Of a stretch of DNA of 5,828 nucleotides, positions 4,729 to 5,828 are shown piece after piece. The DNA is from a virus, in the IMG/VR virus record IMGVR_UViG_3300045988_017782, positions 1-5,828 of that record; one strand, given 5' to 3'. Below the pieces are notes generated by a model. That model was not told the origin of the DNA. It searched no databases and saw nothing but the letters and a program-made list of their open reading frames with translations. Made by a program: the position numbers and the translations under genes. Every line of letters begins with the position of its first letter. The stretch's first letter is position 1.

Positions 4729-4974
4729 ATGATGAACAAGACATGGAATGTACGAGACCAGACCGAAGAAGATCTCAGAGTAGAGGCCGAAAGACTATAC
4801 AAGCAGATAGAAGCTGGGTACAAAATGGTAAAAAAAGTATCCAAGCTAGAAGATGCCGAAAAGCTCATTGAACGAATCTGGGTAATGAAGAAATGGGCCA
4901 ATGACATCGAAATGGAGCTAATCAGAAGGGAGTACACATATGAAACACAGACAGAGGATGCCGGTACGCACTGA
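4729..4974 (+). CDS. Hypothetical 81-aa protein (charged, helical or coiled-coil character)
   Basis: ATG at 4729 lies 6 nt after the SD GGAG. No recognisable motif. The 3' end overlaps the start of the next gene by 35 nt in a different frame. Confidence 0.7.
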   Translation: MMNKTWNVRDQTEEDLRVEAERLYKQIEAGYKMVKKVSKLEDAEKLIERIWVMKKWANDIEMELIRREYTYETQTEDAGTH

Positions 4975-5059
4975 CAAACGGATGTTCAACGTGACGGCGC
5001 GCAAAACGAAGAGTATCAATTTAAGCCAGAAGCCCATGCGGGGCGGAATCAGACTGTAA
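4940..5059 (+). CDS. Small basic DNA-binding / packaging protein (phiX174 J / gokushovirus ORF8-like), 39 aa
   Basis: Not in the ORF track. ATG at 4940 lies 7 nt after the SD AGAAGGGAG. The product is MKHRQRMPVRTDKRMFNVTARKTKSINLSQKPMRGGIRL. The K/R-rich N-terminus, central RxFxxTA ... K.INL and C-terminal MRGGIRL match the pattern I recognise from gokushovirus ORF8-type proteins. Confidence 0.8.
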   Translation: MKHRQRMPVRTDKRMFNVTARKTKSINLSQKPMRGGIRL

Positions 5060-5071
5060 AGGAGAAAAAAA

Positions 5072-5314
5072 ATGATTCACGGATACTATGGCATCTATGA
5101 CAGCGTAGCAAAGTGCTACTGCTACATCGGAGAAAGCAAGAGCAACGAGACCTTTGCGCGAATGTGCAATATCATGGCAAAAGACGAGAAAACGTTCCTG
5201 GGGCAGTCACCCGAAGACTACAAAGGCTACCATATCGCAAACTTCAACGATGAAGCCGGGAGCTTCGAAAGCATCGAACCGGAAAAGGTCTGGGAGGGCA
5301 AGCCGAATGAATAA
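5072..5314 (+). CDS. VP5-like small non-structural protein (80 aa)
   Basis: Strong SD AAAGGAG lies upstream. The pattern YGIYDSVAKCY ... FARM ... SPEDYKGYHIANFNDEAG resembles the (V/I)YDxKA ... AxRxF ... PEDYxLxxIGxFDxxxG pattern I recall for gokushovirus VP5-type proteins. The functional label is from memory only. Confidence 0.75.
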   Translation: MIHGYYGIYDSVAKCYCYIGESKSNETFARMCNIMAKDEKTFLGQSPEDYKGYHIANFNDEAGSFESIEPEKVWEGKPNE

Positions 5315-5702
5315 AAGATACGAGGAAGGCCGCGAGGCCTTCTTTTCAAATCCAGGCGAGAAACTGCGTAAGCAGTACGTCTGGGGAAAAGACGAAAAAG
5401 GCAACAAAAAGTTGATTGAAACCGAGCCAATCGACATTCAGGGCGAAATTGAAAGCTATGCAGATGAATGCGACATTAAAAACATTGTCCGCAAAGCAAG
5501 TTTTGACCCTGTTTTTGCCAAAAGTCTAGTAGACAGCGCAAAAACAGATGAAATCGTGGATGTCACCGAATGGCCGACCAACATTCACGAGTATCACGCC
5601 ATGATGGCAACAGCACAAGCCAATGCAATGGAACTGCAGAGGATGCAGGAAAAGGCCGCAAACGAGAAAAAGAAGCAGGAGGGAAGCAATGAACCGGAAT
5701 AA
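5307..5702 (+). CDS. VP3: Internal scaffolding protein VP3 (131 aa)
   Basis: I prefer ATG at 5307, preceded by GGGAGGG at 5292..5298, over the tracked 5154 start. The 5154 start would overlap the VP5-like gene by about 160 nt and has no SD. The ESYADECDIKNIV motif resembles the conserved ECDINNI(V/L) block of gokushovirus VP3, and the C-terminus is acidic/basic. It ends 14 nt into VP1. Confidence 0.88.
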   Translation: MNKRYEEGREAFFSNPGEKLRKQYVWGKDEKGNKKLIETEPIDIQGEIESYADECDIKNIVRKASFDPVFAKSLVDSAKTDEIVDVTEWPTNIHEYHAMMATAQANAMELQRMQEKAANEKKKQEGSNEPE

Positions 5703-5828
5703 CGAAAGACACTTCAACCAAGTACCGGAAACGCACGTCAGCCGAACACGCTTCAACCGAGACCAGAACATTCTGACAACCTTCGATGCAGGCAAGCTGA
5801 TTCCATTCTACGTAGATGAAGTATTACC
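5689..5828 (+). CDS. VP1: Major capsid protein VP1, N-terminal part (continues at position 3 after circularisation)
   Basis: ATG at 5689 lies 5 nt after the SD AGGAGGG (5677..5683). The product begins MNRNNERHFNQVPETHVSRTRFNRDQNILTTFDAGKLIPFYVDEVLP. The frame is open to the window end and in phase with 3..1640. Confidence 0.95.
   Translation, partial: MNRNNERHFNQVPETHVSRTRFNRDQNILTTFDAGKLIPFYVDEVL
5774..5828. repeat. Terminal direct repeat, exact copy of 1..55
   Basis: See feature 1..55. Confidence 0.97.

Noticed and set aside
5154-5306. N-terminal 51-codon extension of the VP3 ORF given in the track
   Set aside because: It would overlap the VP5-like gene almost entirely, has no SD, and is again a basic off-frame product. 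ATG 5307 has a GGGAGGG SD and yields a 131-aa protein of typical VP3 size.
51-5795. All minus-strand ORFs in the track (51..317, 759..1049, 1324..1572, 1678..1884, 1782..1970, 2024..2281, 2904..3104, 3144..3368, 3771..3959, 3857..4054, 4701..4937, 5207..5437, 5227..5430, 5526..5795)
   Set aside because: Each lies antisense to a well-supported + strand gene or crosses the repeat/promoter region, and I saw no SD upstream of their starts. Microvirus genomes are transcribed from one strand only. Their Cys/Phe/Leu-rich products look like shadow frames of an A-rich coding strand.

Overview
The window is one complete, circularly closed genome of a Gokushovirinae-like microvirus (small ssDNA phage). 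Unit length is 5,773 nt, and bases 1-55 recur exactly at 5774-5828. All credible genes are on the + strand and tightly packed. In order they are: major capsid VP1, which wraps the junction (5689..5773 joined to 1..1640, 574 aa); pilot/minor capsid VP2; and the HUH rolling-circle Rep VP4. A 487-nt non-coding region follows (3515..4001), then an accessory cassette (4002..4974), then the core genes for a small basic J/ORF8-like DNA-binding protein, a VP5-like protein and the internal scaffold VP3. The non-coding region plus the cassette account for roughly the extra 1 kb over typical 4.4-4.9 kb gokushoviruses, and they hold the unusual content. (a) Nine same-orientation copies of TGTTGAA(A/T) form two duplicated clusters, an iteron-like array. 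(b) Next to it lie 20-nt and 26-nt perfectly alternating pyrimidine-purine, CpG-dense tracts with a 14-bp palindrome. (c) A GC-rich nested hairpin follows. (d) Two near-consensus sigma70/sigmaA promoters carry extended -10 boxes; the second has its -35 box inside the loop of the intrinsic terminator of the preceding 59-aa gene. (e) A 127-aa M15-family zinc peptidoglycan peptidase has no visible holin or signal peptide. This is notable because classical microviruses lyse without a muralytic enzyme. No rRNA, tRNA, CRISPR array or transposase was seen. Functions proposed for the non-coding elements and small ORFs are inference only.
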